The translations under genes and the position numbers were made by a program. Below the pieces are notes generated by a model, which ran no database searches, was not told the DNA's origin, and saw nothing but the letters and a program-made list of their open reading frames with translations. Of a stretch of DNA of 64,000 bases, positions 1 through 9,665 are shown piece by piece (positions within the stretch are counted from its first letter, which is position 1; each line of letters begins with the position of its first letter). Origin of the DNA: Promethearchaeota archaeon (GTDB lineage Archaea; Asgardarchaeota; Lokiarchaeia; Sigyniarchaeales; SOKP01); contig JBHLMP010000001.1 in NCBI GenBank assembly GCA_048938025.1, positions 22,291 to 86,290 of the forward strand, read 5' to 3'.

Positions 1-216
1 GTTTAAGATTGAAGCTGTTTCTGCCATGAAATCTACACCAGCGAATATTAGATATTCAGTAGCCTTTTCTTTAGATGTCCGAGATAGTCCAAGAGAATCT
101 CCTAAATAATCAGCAATTTCTTGTATTTCAATGGGCTGATAATAATGAGCTAAAATAATAACATCATTATGTTTTTTTAGTTTTAAAATATCTTCTTGTA
201 GTTGTTTAATAGTCAT
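1..216 (-). CDS. nadA: Quinolinate synthase NadA, N-terminal part (runs off window start)
   Basis: Manual translation from ATG at 216: MTIKQLQEDILKLKKHNDVIILAHYYQPIEIQEIADYLGDSLGL...IFAGVDFMAETASILN, with the NadA motifs LAHxYQ, GDSL and GVxFMAETA. Confidence 0.92.
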   Translation of the reverse strand, partial: MTIKQLQEDILKLKKHNDVIILAHYYQPIEIQEIADYLGDSLGLSRTSKEKATEYLIFAGVDFMAETASILN

Positions 217-378
217 TGTTTTATTTGAACTTCTCTTCTTTTAATTTCAATAAAAGATTCCATAAAAATAAGTTCTCTGATTATAAAAAATTAAACCATA
301 ATCATTATATATAATAAAATTGAAATTTTATTATTTTTAAATTAAAAGAAAAATCTGAATTAAGAATAAAACGGTGAT

Positions 379-1809
379 GTGATCAAAGTGGTACAAAGTG
401 AAATAGCTCCGGAAGAATTGGTGAAAACTTCTAAAAAAGTTTCCTTTGGATTAACCTCATTAGGAGCTCAAGTTGTTCATGGAGTCTTTCAAGCATCCCT
501 TATAATTTATTTTAGAGAAAAGATGCTACTTCCAGAAGTATATATCTTTTGGGCATTCATGTTTTTTGCAATTTGGAATGCTATAAATGATCCCTTGTTT
601 GGTTGGCTTTCTGATAAAACAAAAACAAAATGGGGCAGGAGAATCCCTTATTTAGCGGTTTTTACACCGATAATGACAATTTCATTTATCTTTATTTGGT
701 TAAGTCCAACTAAAGGTGAGATAGGTGAGCTTGGTGTGTTCTTTTATATGCTAATATTAATTTGTATATATGATACAGCTTATACAGCAGCATTATTAGT
801 ATGGACAGCCTTAGGGCAGGAGTTAAGTATGGATCATAGAGAAAGAGCCAGTATTCAAGTTTATTCTTTAGCATTAGGGGTAATAGGGACACTAATGGCA
901 TTGATATTACCATCTTTCTTTTTAGATCAACCAGAAAGAGAAGGATTCATTTATTTAACTATTATACTTGCTGCTTTGCAGTTTATAACTATGATGATAA
1001 CAGCGTTAACATTAAAAGAGCGGTTAGAATTTTCTCATGTTGATGAGCCTATGGGCTTTTTTGATGCTTTTAAGAACACACTCAAAAGAAAATCCTTTTT
1101 AACTACAGTTTTTATGAATTTCTTTTTGATTTTCATACAATCAGTATTATTTGGCAATTTGTTTTTCTATACTTACTATGCAATTCCCGATTTCAATTCT
1201 GATTTGTTATTGTTATTAGTTGTAGGTTTTACAGTAGCAGGAGTAGGCTTCGGGACTTATTACACTGTAAAAGTCAATGAAGAGAAGGGTGTCAAAACTG
1301 CAATGCTTCGTGCTATAATACTTCATGGTTTAGGTTTCTTGTTAGTTGGAATTTTACCTGGAATATTTGCTGTTGTTGGATTTTTTTTAGTAGGGATTGG
1401 CATCTATGCTGCTATGACTTTATTTAATGTAGCTTTTGCTGAAGTAATTGATGAAGATGAAGTGGATACTGGAAGAAGGCGTGAGGCTGCTATTATGGGA
1501 ATTAATGCTCTAATAACTAAACCTGCAGAGTCTCTCGCGGGAGGTTTCATTGCAATCATGTTACTTTTGTTTAAATATACAGAACCAATAGAGGAAGTTC
1601 AACAACCTCAATCTGATCTTACAATCCTAGGTATAAAATTAGCGATGGGAGTAATTCCTGCCATAGTAGCGTTCTTAGCGGCATTTATTTATAATATGAA
1701 TCCACTATACGGTCAACATTTAAATGAAATTAAAACTAAAATGTATAAAATGCATGAAGAAAAGAAAGAAAAATTACAAGAAATTCTTCCAAAACGAGCT
1801 AAAGAATAA
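379..1809 (+). CDS. MFS transporter, glycoside-pentoside-hexuronide (MelB/GPH) family
   Basis: About 12 TM segments; WNAINDPLFGWLSDKT..WGRRIPY and EVIDEDEVDTGRRRE motifs typical of GPH symporters. Confidence 0.88.
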   Translation: MIKVVQSEIAPEELVKTSKKVSFGLTSLGAQVVHGVFQASLIIYFREKMLLPEVYIFWAFMFFAIWNAINDPLFGWLSDKTKTKWGRRIPYLAVFTPIMTISFIFIWLSPTKGEIGELGVFFYMLILICIYDTAYTAALLVWTALGQELSMDHRERASIQVYSLALGVIGTLMALILPSFFLDQPEREGFIYLTIILAALQFITMMITALTLKERLEFSHVDEPMGFFDAFKNTLKRKSFLTTVFMNFFLIFIQSVLFGNLFFYTYYAIPDFNSDLLLLLVVGFTVAGVGFGTYYTVKVNEEKGVKTAMLRAIILHGLGFLLVGILPGIFAVVGFFLVGIGIYAAMTLFNVAFAEVIDEDEVDTGRRREAAIMGINALITKPAESLAGGFIAIMLLLFKYTEPIEEVQQPQSDLTILGIKLAMGVIPAIVAFLAAFIYNMNPLYGQHLNEIKTKMYKMHEEKKEKLQEILPKRAKE

Positions 1810-3027
1810 TTAAAGGAGATTGTATTTTTGAGCAATCTCTATAAAACTTTGTGTAAAGTACTTTATCTGTTCCCAACTAAGACCATAAGTGTTAAATTTC
1901 ATCTCTTTAGAGATTCCAGGGAGTAATCCAATAATCCCCCTTTCTTTAAATTCATCTCTTAGAAAAAATCCCTTTCGTGGATGACTTTCAGCAACTTTTG
2001 CAAAACCTTCAGTTTTTATATTAGTTAATGGATGAATTTTTGGTAATTTTCCAAGAATTTTAATTCCCATAACATTCCTAATATTATCTATTACATAATT
2101 GGCTTTTTTAGATTCTTCATCGACGACTTCCTTTTGAGCTCTTTTTACAATTGTAGGAAAACTTGCCATTAAAGTAATTAAAGGAGAACCATAGACAGGA
2201 GGACAACCCATCACAGTACATATTTTGCTTGGAAAAGACTTAGAAGAAATATTTCCTTGGATTTTTGAATTAACCATGATATCATCATAAAACTCATTAT
2301 TAAATCCTAAAATGCCAATTGGACCTGAAGCAGCCATAGATTTATGGCCACTGCATGCTATAAAATCAGCTGAATATTTTTTGCAATCAATTGGTAAAAT
2401 ACCACCAGAATAAGCAGCATTTAAAAGAAAAGGGATATTAAACTTTTGGCATATTTCTCCGATAGGCTTAGGATCATTATAATTTCCATATTTGTAATCG
2501 ACATGAGTTAATACGACTAATAAAGGTACCACACCATCTTCTTTTTGAACTTTTTTAATAATTTTTTCATAATCAATAGCTTTAATATTAAATTCTGGAT
2601 ATCCAGAGTTTGGCACTTCACTAACTTTCAAATTATTTGATTCAATAGCTAAATAGGTCGTGTAATGAGCCAGACTATCAATTACAACAGTTTTACGTTT
2701 TGGATATTTTTTTGTTAAAGCCTCCATTACCAAACGTTTTGATTCTCTAGCTGCAGCAGTAAGCATAACGTTTTCTATATTTAGAAATTTTGCCATATCT
2801 TTTAAAAATTCTACTACAGGTGGATTTTCTATTTGATCAATCCTACCTTTTAGGCAATTATCACATAAACTATACCCATCTCCATAAGCTATTAACGACT
2901 TAAAAGCTTCAGGGGTTAACATTCCTCCCCGCTGGATAGGGTGAATATTTATGAATTCTTCATTTATAGTTCTGCTAAGATCTGAGTATTTTTGTACCAA
3001 TTCATTATTATATTCTAAATTACTCAT
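1810..3027 (-). CDS. pscS: O-phospho-L-seryl-tRNA:Cys-tRNA synthase (SepCysS)
   Basis: INIHPIQRGG, GDGYSLCDNC, AHYTTY, LLNAAY and the PLP-lysine motif CSGHKSMAASGPIG. Confidence 0.93.
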   Translation of the reverse strand: MSNLEYNNELVQKYSDLSRTINEEFINIHPIQRGGMLTPEAFKSLIAYGDGYSLCDNCLKGRIDQIENPPVVEFLKDMAKFLNIENVMLTAAARESKRLVMEALTKKYPKRKTVVIDSLAHYTTYLAIESNNLKVSEVPNSGYPEFNIKAIDYEKIIKKVQKEDGVVPLLVVLTHVDYKYGNYNDPKPIGEICQKFNIPFLLNAAYSGGILPIDCKKYSADFIACSGHKSMAASGPIGILGFNNEFYDDIMVNSKIQGNISSKSFPSKICTVMGCPPVYGSPLITLMASFPTIVKRAQKEVVDEESKKANYVIDNIRNVMGIKILGKLPKIHPLTNIKTEGFAKVAESHPRKGFFLRDEFKERGIIGLLPGISKEMKFNTYGLSWEQIKYFTQSFIEIAQKYNLL

Positions 3028-3103
3028 TTTTCTTCTTCTGTTTTTGCTTTACGAAAATTATTATATTTTATAAAATTAAGATGAAATTAATAAATTATTT
3101 GGG

Positions 3104-4792
3104 TTGGTTAATTTGATAGAAGATTTACAGTTCATCCACGAAAGCGAGTTTTGGTATATAAGTTCATTCTTAAATACTTCTGAAATAAATGGTCATCAAA
3201 AAAGCAAAGAAATTGAAAATCTTGTAAAAACAACATTTGAAAATTTAACTGAAGATGACATTTATCGTAAAGAACTAAAGAATGAAATTTTTGAAATGGT
3301 AAAGAATGTAACCATCAACTGTAAATGGGTACCTTACTTAGATAACTTCCCTTATAAAGATGAGAACTCTGATCGAGAATTTAATACCTTAGGATATTTC
3401 CAATTTGACGTTGAGTATTATAAAGAAAATTTTTCTAAAAAAGAATCTTTAAGACCCATCTTAATCCAGCAAATTCCCTATATTCTCCATAATAAGTTAA
3501 AAGAATATAGTAAAAAACCTGAAAATAGAGGATTTTACTTAGATACAGAAAGTCCTATATATGTTTTTGTCACATCAAATAAAACCAAACCTAAAGAAAT
3601 AGAATGGACTCAAAACAATATTAAACAATATAAAAAAGTGATTGCATATTGGAATGAAATATATTCAGGAGCATGGGAGGATTATTCAGAGATATTATAT
3701 GATAGACGTGTTAAAAATAATCTTTCAAATCGACTAAGCGAATTACATTTTATCAGAAGAAATTCTGGATTTATCTATATGGCAGAAGAGAATTATAAAA
3801 ACTTTTTTGAATCATATATGAAGGAATTTGTACTAGAGCCGACTCCAAAAATGAGAGCTGTATTATTTGCTTTAAGATCAATAAGCGAGTCATTAGACTT
3901 ATTATTTTTAAAAGCCCAATCTGAAGGATTTATAGATATAAATACTATTGAGAAGAAAATAAGGAATTTAAGATTTCTGAGAGGTTTGATCCAAACTAAA
4001 TTAAGCTTAATTTATGCTGAGTTGGATTATAATCGAAGGCAACATTATACACGAGTTTTAAAACATTTATTAAACGAATTTGAAATAGATTCTATTATCA
4101 GTAGATTAAATGAAAAATTTAATATTATTTATGATTCAATGCAAAGCATCTACGTCAAAAAGAATGAGGAAGTTCAAAAAAGAACAGAGAAAGGGCTTAA
4201 TTTATTAAATTTACTTTTTGGTGCTGGAATATTAGCAGATTTGGGACAAGTGATAATGCTTGCTTTTACACTACAAGAAGGAGCCTCAACAACTATTTTC
4301 CTGAATGGCATTATTGCTTTTATTATAACCAGTATTTTAATTATCACAATAGCTTTCTACATCTATATGAGATTACAAGTAAAAGAAACAGGTATTGGAA
4401 AAACTGTTGATGCAGTTATAGAGGTTGGCAAGAATGAAGTTGTTTTAATCAAAAGAAAGTATCCTCCTTTCCAAGATTTTTATGCTCTTCCAGGTGGTTT
4501 CATTGAGAAAGGTGAAAAAGCTAAAGAAGCTGTGATTAGAGAAGTTAAAGAAGAAACTAATTTGGATGTAAGAATTATTAAGAAAATCGGTTTATATAAT
4601 AAAGAAGGTCGAGATCCGCGTGGAAAGATTCATAGTACTGCTTTTAAATGCCAAATAATTGAAGATGCTTCTATTATGAAGAGTGGAGATGATTCAAAAG
4701 AGGTGGAGTTGATCTCGAAAGAAAATTTAAAAAGAATTGATTTAGCATTTGACCATGAACAAATATTAAAAGATGCTAATGTTCTAGATTAA
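3104..4792 (+). CDS. Membrane protein: CorA/RMD1-like helical N-terminal domain + 2 TM helices + C-terminal Nudix (ADP-ribose pyrophosphatase-like) hydrolase
   Basis: Nudix box GGFIEKGEKAKEAVIREVKEETNL plus RDPRG, GDD and LAFDH motifs; two hydrophobic helices at about aa 365-422; long amphipathic helices before them. The N-domain assignment is inference. Confidence 0.75.
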   Translation: MVNLIEDLQFIHESEFWYISSFLNTSEINGHQKSKEIENLVKTTFENLTEDDIYRKELKNEIFEMVKNVTINCKWVPYLDNFPYKDENSDREFNTLGYFQFDVEYYKENFSKKESLRPILIQQIPYILHNKLKEYSKKPENRGFYLDTESPIYVFVTSNKTKPKEIEWTQNNIKQYKKVIAYWNEIYSGAWEDYSEILYDRRVKNNLSNRLSELHFIRRNSGFIYMAEENYKNFFESYMKEFVLEPTPKMRAVLFALRSISESLDLLFLKAQSEGFIDINTIEKKIRNLRFLRGLIQTKLSLIYAELDYNRRQHYTRVLKHLLNEFEIDSIISRLNEKFNIIYDSMQSIYVKKNEEVQKRTEKGLNLLNLLFGAGILADLGQVIMLAFTLQEGASTTIFLNGIIAFIITSILIITIAFYIYMRLQVKETGIGKTVDAVIEVGKNEVVLIKRKYPPFQDFYALPGGFIEKGEKAKEAVIREVKEETNLDVRIIKKIGLYNKEGRDPRGKIHSTAFKCQIIEDASIMKSGDDSKEVELISKENLKRIDLAFDHEQILKDANVLD

Positions 4793-4877
4793 GTTTCTCT
4801 TCCTTTTTTACTTATTTTCATAAGCTTATTATTTATAGCTAAATTCTTCAAATGTAGAAAAATTTAGGTATAAAATT

Positions 4878-5426
4878 ATGCCAATTATAATGCCAAGCCC
4901 AAGAACGGGCAAAAAACCCCAAATTCATGAAACTGCCTTTATTGCTCCCACAGCAGTAATAATTGGAGATGTTACAATAGGAGAAAATTCAAATATCTGG
5001 TTTGGAGCTGTATTAAGAGGAGATTGGGGAACAATTAAAATTGGAAAAAATACAAGTATTCAAGAGAATGTAACAATCCATCTTGAACAAGATAGTTCAG
5101 TATTTATAGGTGATGATGTCATTGTTGGACATCATGCGATGATTCATGGGCCAACAGAAATAGAAAATGGATGCGTTGTTGGAATTGGTGCAAATGTCTT
5201 ACATAATTCAAAACTGGGTGAAGGAGTACAAGTTGGTGCTGGAGCGGTATTATTAAATAAAGAATTTCCATCAAGATGTTTAGTTGTTGGAATTCCTGCT
5301 GATATTAAGAAACACTTACCAGAAACAGGGAAGTTAGTGGGGGAAAGAACTTCTAAAGATTATGTACAAAACGGGAGAGATTTTAAAGCTTTTTTTAAAA
5401 AAAATCCAAAATTTGCAAACTACTAA
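4878..5426 (+). CDS. Gamma-carbonic anhydrase-like hexapeptide-repeat protein (YrdA/PaaY family)
   Basis: IAPTAVIIGDVTIG, WFGAVLRGD, IQENVTIH, VGHHAMIHG. Confidence 0.9.
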   Translation: MPIIMPSPRTGKKPQIHETAFIAPTAVIIGDVTIGENSNIWFGAVLRGDWGTIKIGKNTSIQENVTIHLEQDSSVFIGDDVIVGHHAMIHGPTEIENGCVVGIGANVLHNSKLGEGVQVGAGAVLLNKEFPSRCLVVGIPADIKKHLPETGKLVGERTSKDYVQNGRDFKAFFKKNPKFANY

Positions 5427-5449
5427 CTATTTTTCTGTTTTCTTTTCTT

Positions 5450-6184
5450 CTATTTTGAGCAAATGCAATTTTCATTTTTAATGATATCTATTATATTAAA
5501 TCTTAAATCTACTAGATTTACCATTAATAGTTTATTTTCCAAATTTGGAAGTCCTAATGCTGTTTTTATAACTTCAAGAGCTTCTAACGTTCCTAATATG
5601 CCAGGAGTTACACCTATTACTGGTAAAGGTCCTTCTTCTGGAGAAATTTTCTCTGGTTCAGAAAAAACACATTGATAACAAGCAGTCTTTTTTGGATTTA
5701 TTGTAATGATTTGGCCATAAAAATCTTTTATTCCAGCAATTATACACTTCAGATTATTTTGTATGGCAATTTTATTAACTAAAAACTTAGTTTGGAAATT
5801 ATCAGAACAATCTATAATAAAATCATGTCCTTTAACGTATTTTCTTATCGAATCTTCCTCTACATATTCTTTATAAGTATGTATTTGAACTTCAGAATTT
5901 AGATTAGATAAAACCGTCTTAGCTGATTCTGCTTTATCTTTACCTATTTGATTTTCATTATAAAGAATTTGTCTTTGAAGGTTTGAAATATCTAAAACAT
6001 CATTGTCAATTATGGTTAATTTTTTTATCCCAGCAGCAGTAAGATACATAGAACAGGGTGAGCCAAGGCCTCCGGCTCCAATTTGCAATACACTAATATT
6101 CGATATCTTTTTTTGCCCCTCCTCACCAATTAATGGAGAGATAATTTGTCTTGAATACCTCTCTTTTTGCTTTTCATTTAAAAT
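5450..6184 (-). CDS. ThiF/MoeB/UbaA family E1-like adenylyltransferase (probable ATT start)
   Basis: GAGGLG, DNDVLDISNLQRQ, DCSDN, CYQC. The in-frame upstream extension ILNEKQKERYSRQ...IGEEGQKKI is the conserved MoeB N-terminus. The only plausible start is ATT at 6184, with GGTGA 6 nt upstream. Confidence 0.88.
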   Translation of the reverse strand: MLNEKQKERYSRQIISPLIGEEGQKKISNISVLQIGAGGLGSPCSMYLTAAGIKKLTIIDNDVLDISNLQRQILYNENQIGKDKAESAKTVLSNLNSEVQIHTYKEYVEEDSIRKYVKGHDFIIDCSDNFQTKFLVNKIAIQNNLKCIIAGIKDFYGQIITINPKKTACYQCVFSEPEKISPEEGPLPVIGVTPGILGTLEALEVIKTALGLPNLENKLLMVNLVDLRFNIIDIIKNENCICSK

Positions 6185-6190
6185 TGAATT

Positions 6191-6565
6191 TCACCCACTT
6201 AAAATTTTTTTAATATTTTTAATAGCTTCTTCAATTTCTATGAAAAAAATACCTAAATTTGTATCTATATCTAACATAGAAACGAGAATTACTTGATTAT
6301 CAATACTCATGACTATAATTTGGTAATTATTAAATTCTACTGTTATATTATTTATGGTATCACTTCCTAAAGTTAAAGCAGCCGTTTCAATGGCACCAAA
6401 CATGGTAGCCGCCATTGCCCCAAATTTTCTCTTGTCAACATCTATAGGTAATATTGAAGTAATTAATAAGCCATTTCGATTTGCAATTGCTATACCTATA
6501 ATATCACTCATAGTTTCTAATTTTTCCAATTCCTTATTAAGGCTTTCAATTTTTGAGTTATTCAT
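6191..6565 (-). CDS. Roadblock/LC7 (MglB-like) domain protein
   Basis: IIGIAIANRNGLLITS...FGAMAATMFGAIE...ITVEF...NLG pattern of Roadblock proteins. Confidence 0.88.
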   Translation of the reverse strand: MNNSKIESLNKELEKLETMSDIIGIAIANRNGLLITSILPIDVDKRKFGAMAATMFGAIETAALTLGSDTINNITVEFNNYQIIVMSIDNQVILVSMLDIDTNLGIFFIEIEEAIKNIKKILSG

Positions 6566-6665
6566 AAAATCTTCAAGATATTTTAAAAATTGAATTATTA
6601 CTAAATAGAAGAATATCAGATAATAATATTTAAAATTTTAGAAACTAGTTAATATTATCTTTATT

Positions 6666-6881
6666 TTATGCCTTAGCCTTATTTCTATAAAAAGATTTTT
6701 GCCCATTAAATGGTCTGTGTCTATTTCGCCAAATTGGTTGTCTTAACTTTGCGGTTCGGCCAAAACCACAACTTGCACAGAACCTTTTTCTTCGATGATA
6801 TGAATGTTTTCCACATCGTCGACATGTTTTATGGGTTGCTGCTTTATTTTTCTTCCCCTTACTTGGTGTTCCTTTTCCCAT
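6666..6881 (-). CDS. rpl37e: 50S ribosomal protein L37e
   Basis: MGKGTPSKGK..THKTCRRCGKHSYH...CASCGFG zinc finger; ATG at 6881 with a GGTGG SD. Confidence 0.95.
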   Translation of the reverse strand: MGKGTPSKGKKNKAATHKTCRRCGKHSYHRRKRFCASCGFGRTAKLRQPIWRNRHRPFNGQKSFYRNKAKA

Positions 6882-6902
6882 TTTTACCACCTTTATTCTT
6901 GT

Positions 6903-7211
6903 TTATATATCATCCGCTTCATTTCTATGCATCAATTTTTCTTCAGTGTCTTCAGCAAAGATTAGTTTCTCTCGATCCTGACCTATGAAGATTATAGAGG
7001 CACCCCTTATCATTACTGTTCCTAAATCTTTACTTCGCTTTCCACCACGTCCGAAATAAATTTCTTTAGCGTTTTCAACTACTAAGTTCATGTAATTATC
7101 AAACTTTTTTAATTTACCTGTTAAATAAGTGTTCCAAATCTTTAGCTTGATGCGAACCTCTTCCTTTAATATCGCTTTCGATAATGTACGATGAATTGTT
7201 TGCTGACTCAT
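6903..7211 (-). CDS. Sm/LSm family RNA-binding protein
   Basis: Sm1 GKLKKFDNYMNLVVENAKE and Sm2 VMIRGASIIFI; directly upstream of rpl37e, the conserved archaeal pairing; start placed at ATG 7211. Confidence 0.88.
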   Translation of the reverse strand: MSQQTIHRTLSKAILKEEVRIKLKIWNTYLTGKLKKFDNYMNLVVENAKEIYFGRGGKRSKDLGTVMIRGASIIFIGQDREKLIFAEDTEEKLMHRNEADDI

Positions 7212-7344
7212 CAAAAATTTTTCTTTAATTTTATAGATAATTGATAAAGTTAATTGTAAGATCAAATAAATATTTTTTTAAATATTTAAGGATTTAAAAT
7301 AACATTAGGATGTAGAATAGTAAATTAATGAATTAACATTAAAA

Positions 7345-8382
7345 ATGAAAAAAATAGCTTATTTTGATGCATCGGTTGAGACACCAGAGGAAATTATTCT
7401 TGCTGCTGATATGGTTCCTGTTAGACTTTTTGGAAATCCCACAATAGGTATTGATAAAGCCAACGAGCATATCCCTCCAACTCACTGTGTTTGGGCTAGA
7501 AATATTCTTGAACAAGCAATTAATGGTTTGAATAATGATATAAAAGGAATAATTTGCACTCATGGTTGTGATTGCACGAATAGGGAATTCGATATTTGGT
7601 TAGAATGCGTGAATTTAGATTTTTTGTTTTTTCTGAACTCTCCACTGAAGCGAAACGAAATATCTTTGAAATTTTTTATTGATGATATAAAAGAAATGAT
7701 ATTACAATTAGAGGAATCGTTTAAAATAAAAATTACCACTGAAAAAATCCAACTTGCCATTAAGAAAATGAATCAAATCAGACAATTATTGAGAGAAATT
7801 TCTGAATTACGAGTTGATATGAAATTAAAAGGTTCAGAATTCCATGCATTAGTTAAAGAAGTCCAACAATCTGATAAAGATAAAATGATTGAGAAACTTA
7901 AGTTAAAATTAACAGAAATTAAAGAGAGAAAGCCATTTTCAGATGAAGATCTTAAAAAGATATTATTAACCGGTTCAGTAATAGATGATACCGAATTTAT
8001 TAAATTTTTAGAAAATGTTGGTTATCAAATCATTACTGATGATCTATGCATTGGATCCAAATATTTTTGGAGTAAAGTAAATGAAAACGGGGATCCAATT
8101 AAAGCTTTAGCTGAATATCATTTAAATAAACCAATATATTCAACCAAATTTCCATCATTTGAAAGGTTTGAAACACTTAAAAATTTGGCACAGACTTATA
8201 ATGTAGATGGCGTTATAAATATAGCCCAAAAGTTTTGTGAACCAGTACTTTACGGACATCCATATTTTAATAAAAAATTTAAGGAGTTGGGAATTCCATA
8301 TCTTTTTGTAGAAATGGAATATAATAGAGAATCTTATAAACAATTAGCAACAAGATTTGAAGCATTTAGTGAAATAATTTAA
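7345..8382 (+). CDS. 2-hydroxyacyl-CoA dehydratase / benzoyl-CoA reductase family subunit (HgdB/BcrC-like)
   Basis: PEEIILAA, THCVW, HGCD, DDLCIG, KFCEP, TRFEAF. Confidence 0.87.
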   Translation: MKKIAYFDASVETPEEIILAADMVPVRLFGNPTIGIDKANEHIPPTHCVWARNILEQAINGLNNDIKGIICTHGCDCTNREFDIWLECVNLDFLFFLNSPLKRNEISLKFFIDDIKEMILQLEESFKIKITTEKIQLAIKKMNQIRQLLREISELRVDMKLKGSEFHALVKEVQQSDKDKMIEKLKLKLTEIKERKPFSDEDLKKILLTGSVIDDTEFIKFLENVGYQIITDDLCIGSKYFWSKVNENGDPIKALAEYHLNKPIYSTKFPSFERFETLKNLAQTYNVDGVINIAQKFCEPVLYGHPYFNKKFKELGIPYLFVEMEYNRESYKQLATRFEAFSEII

Positions 8383-8395
8383 AGGAGGTAAAAAA

Positions 8396-9655
8396 ATGTC
8401 TAAAGTTAAAAAAAGAGGTAAAATGTTAAATGCTACAAATAAATTAAAAAATGAAATGGGTAGGCATTTCTTAGCGATTGAACAAGCATATAGAGATGGA
8501 AAGCCAACTGCTTGGGCAACTGCTGGTACACCAGTAGAGTTTTTATATGCTATGGATGTTCAACCAATGTTACCAGAAAATTCAGCTACAATTTCAGCTG
8601 CTTTAAAGAAATCCCAAGAATTTATAGAATTAGCAGAAGAAGAAGGGTATTCGTACGATCTCTGTTCCTATTTTAAAACAAATGTTGGTGCTGTACTAAG
8701 TAATGCTGATATGAGTCTTGGAGGTACAAGAAAACCAACTTTTATGTTATCAAGTGATGTGATATGTGATACTCATGTGAATTGGTTTCAAGTTCAAGCG
8801 CAAAGGTTTAATGTACCTCATTTCACTATAGATGTTCCTCATGTAGTCAGTAATACAAATAATAGACAAAGAGATTATTTTAAAAAATACATAAAAGAAC
8901 AGCTCTGGGAATTATTAGATTTTATAACTGAAGTGACTGGTAATGAATTTAATCCAGAAAGGGCAAGAGAGGTAGCTCTTAATTCTTATGAATTAGGAAA
9001 AGTATGGCAAGAAGTTTTTGAGTTACGAAAAAATATTCCATGTCCTGTTTCCACCAGAGATACATTTGGGGGATTATTTCCTTTATTCACAATGACTGGT
9101 TTAAAATCACCAATAAAACTCTACAAAAGAATGTATAGAGAAGCAAAAGAGAGAGTAGATAACGGTATTGGTGCTTTAGAGCAAGAAGATTACCGTTTGC
9201 TTTTTGAGGGTATACCTTATTGGTATAATTTAAAATTCTTTTCAAATTTAGAACGATGGAATGCAATTATTGTGTATGAACCATATGTGTATGCTTTTAC
9301 GAAATATACAAATCCAAATTTAACAAAAAAGATGGTTGTTGATAATCCAGTGGAATCAATGGCAGAATTAGTACTTAGCTTTTGGTATATTTACGATCTT
9401 AAAACTAGATTCGAAAAGTTCAAAGAAACTGTAAGAGATTGGAAAATAGATGGTGTGTTATTACACAATAATATGTCCTGTAGACCAAACGCTTGCGGAA
9501 TGTATGATTTGAAACGTAAATTAATGGAAGAAGCAGATATTCCCACACTCGTAATCGATAGTGACATGAATGATCCAAGGAAGATGAACGAAATTCAAGT
9601 TCTTAATCAAATTGAGAGTTTTATCGAAATACTTCGAAAAAGAAAAAAAAAGTAA
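8396..9655 (+). CDS. 2-hydroxyacyl-CoA dehydratase / benzoyl-CoA reductase family subunit (HgdA/BcrB-like)
   Basis: PENS, DLCSY, ICDTH, SCR and DSDMNDPR motifs; operonic with the preceding subunit. Confidence 0.87.
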   Translation: MSKVKKRGKMLNATNKLKNEMGRHFLAIEQAYRDGKPTAWATAGTPVEFLYAMDVQPMLPENSATISAALKKSQEFIELAEEEGYSYDLCSYFKTNVGAVLSNADMSLGGTRKPTFMLSSDVICDTHVNWFQVQAQRFNVPHFTIDVPHVVSNTNNRQRDYFKKYIKEQLWELLDFITEVTGNEFNPERAREVALNSYELGKVWQEVFELRKNIPCPVSTRDTFGGLFPLFTMTGLKSPIKLYKRMYREAKERVDNGIGALEQEDYRLLFEGIPYWYNLKFFSNLERWNAIIVYEPYVYAFTKYTNPNLTKKMVVDNPVESMAELVLSFWYIYDLKTRFEKFKETVRDWKIDGVLLHNNMSCRPNACGMYDLKRKLMEEADIPTLVIDSDMNDPRKMNEIQVLNQIESFIEILRKRKKK

Positions 9656-9665
9656 AATTATTAAT

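Noticed and set aside
6188-6193. Selenocysteine codon at the Roadblock/ThiF junction
   Set aside because: The TGA sits in a linker rather than at a Cys-equivalent catalytic position, no convincing SECIS was seen, and an SD + ATT start explains the arrangement
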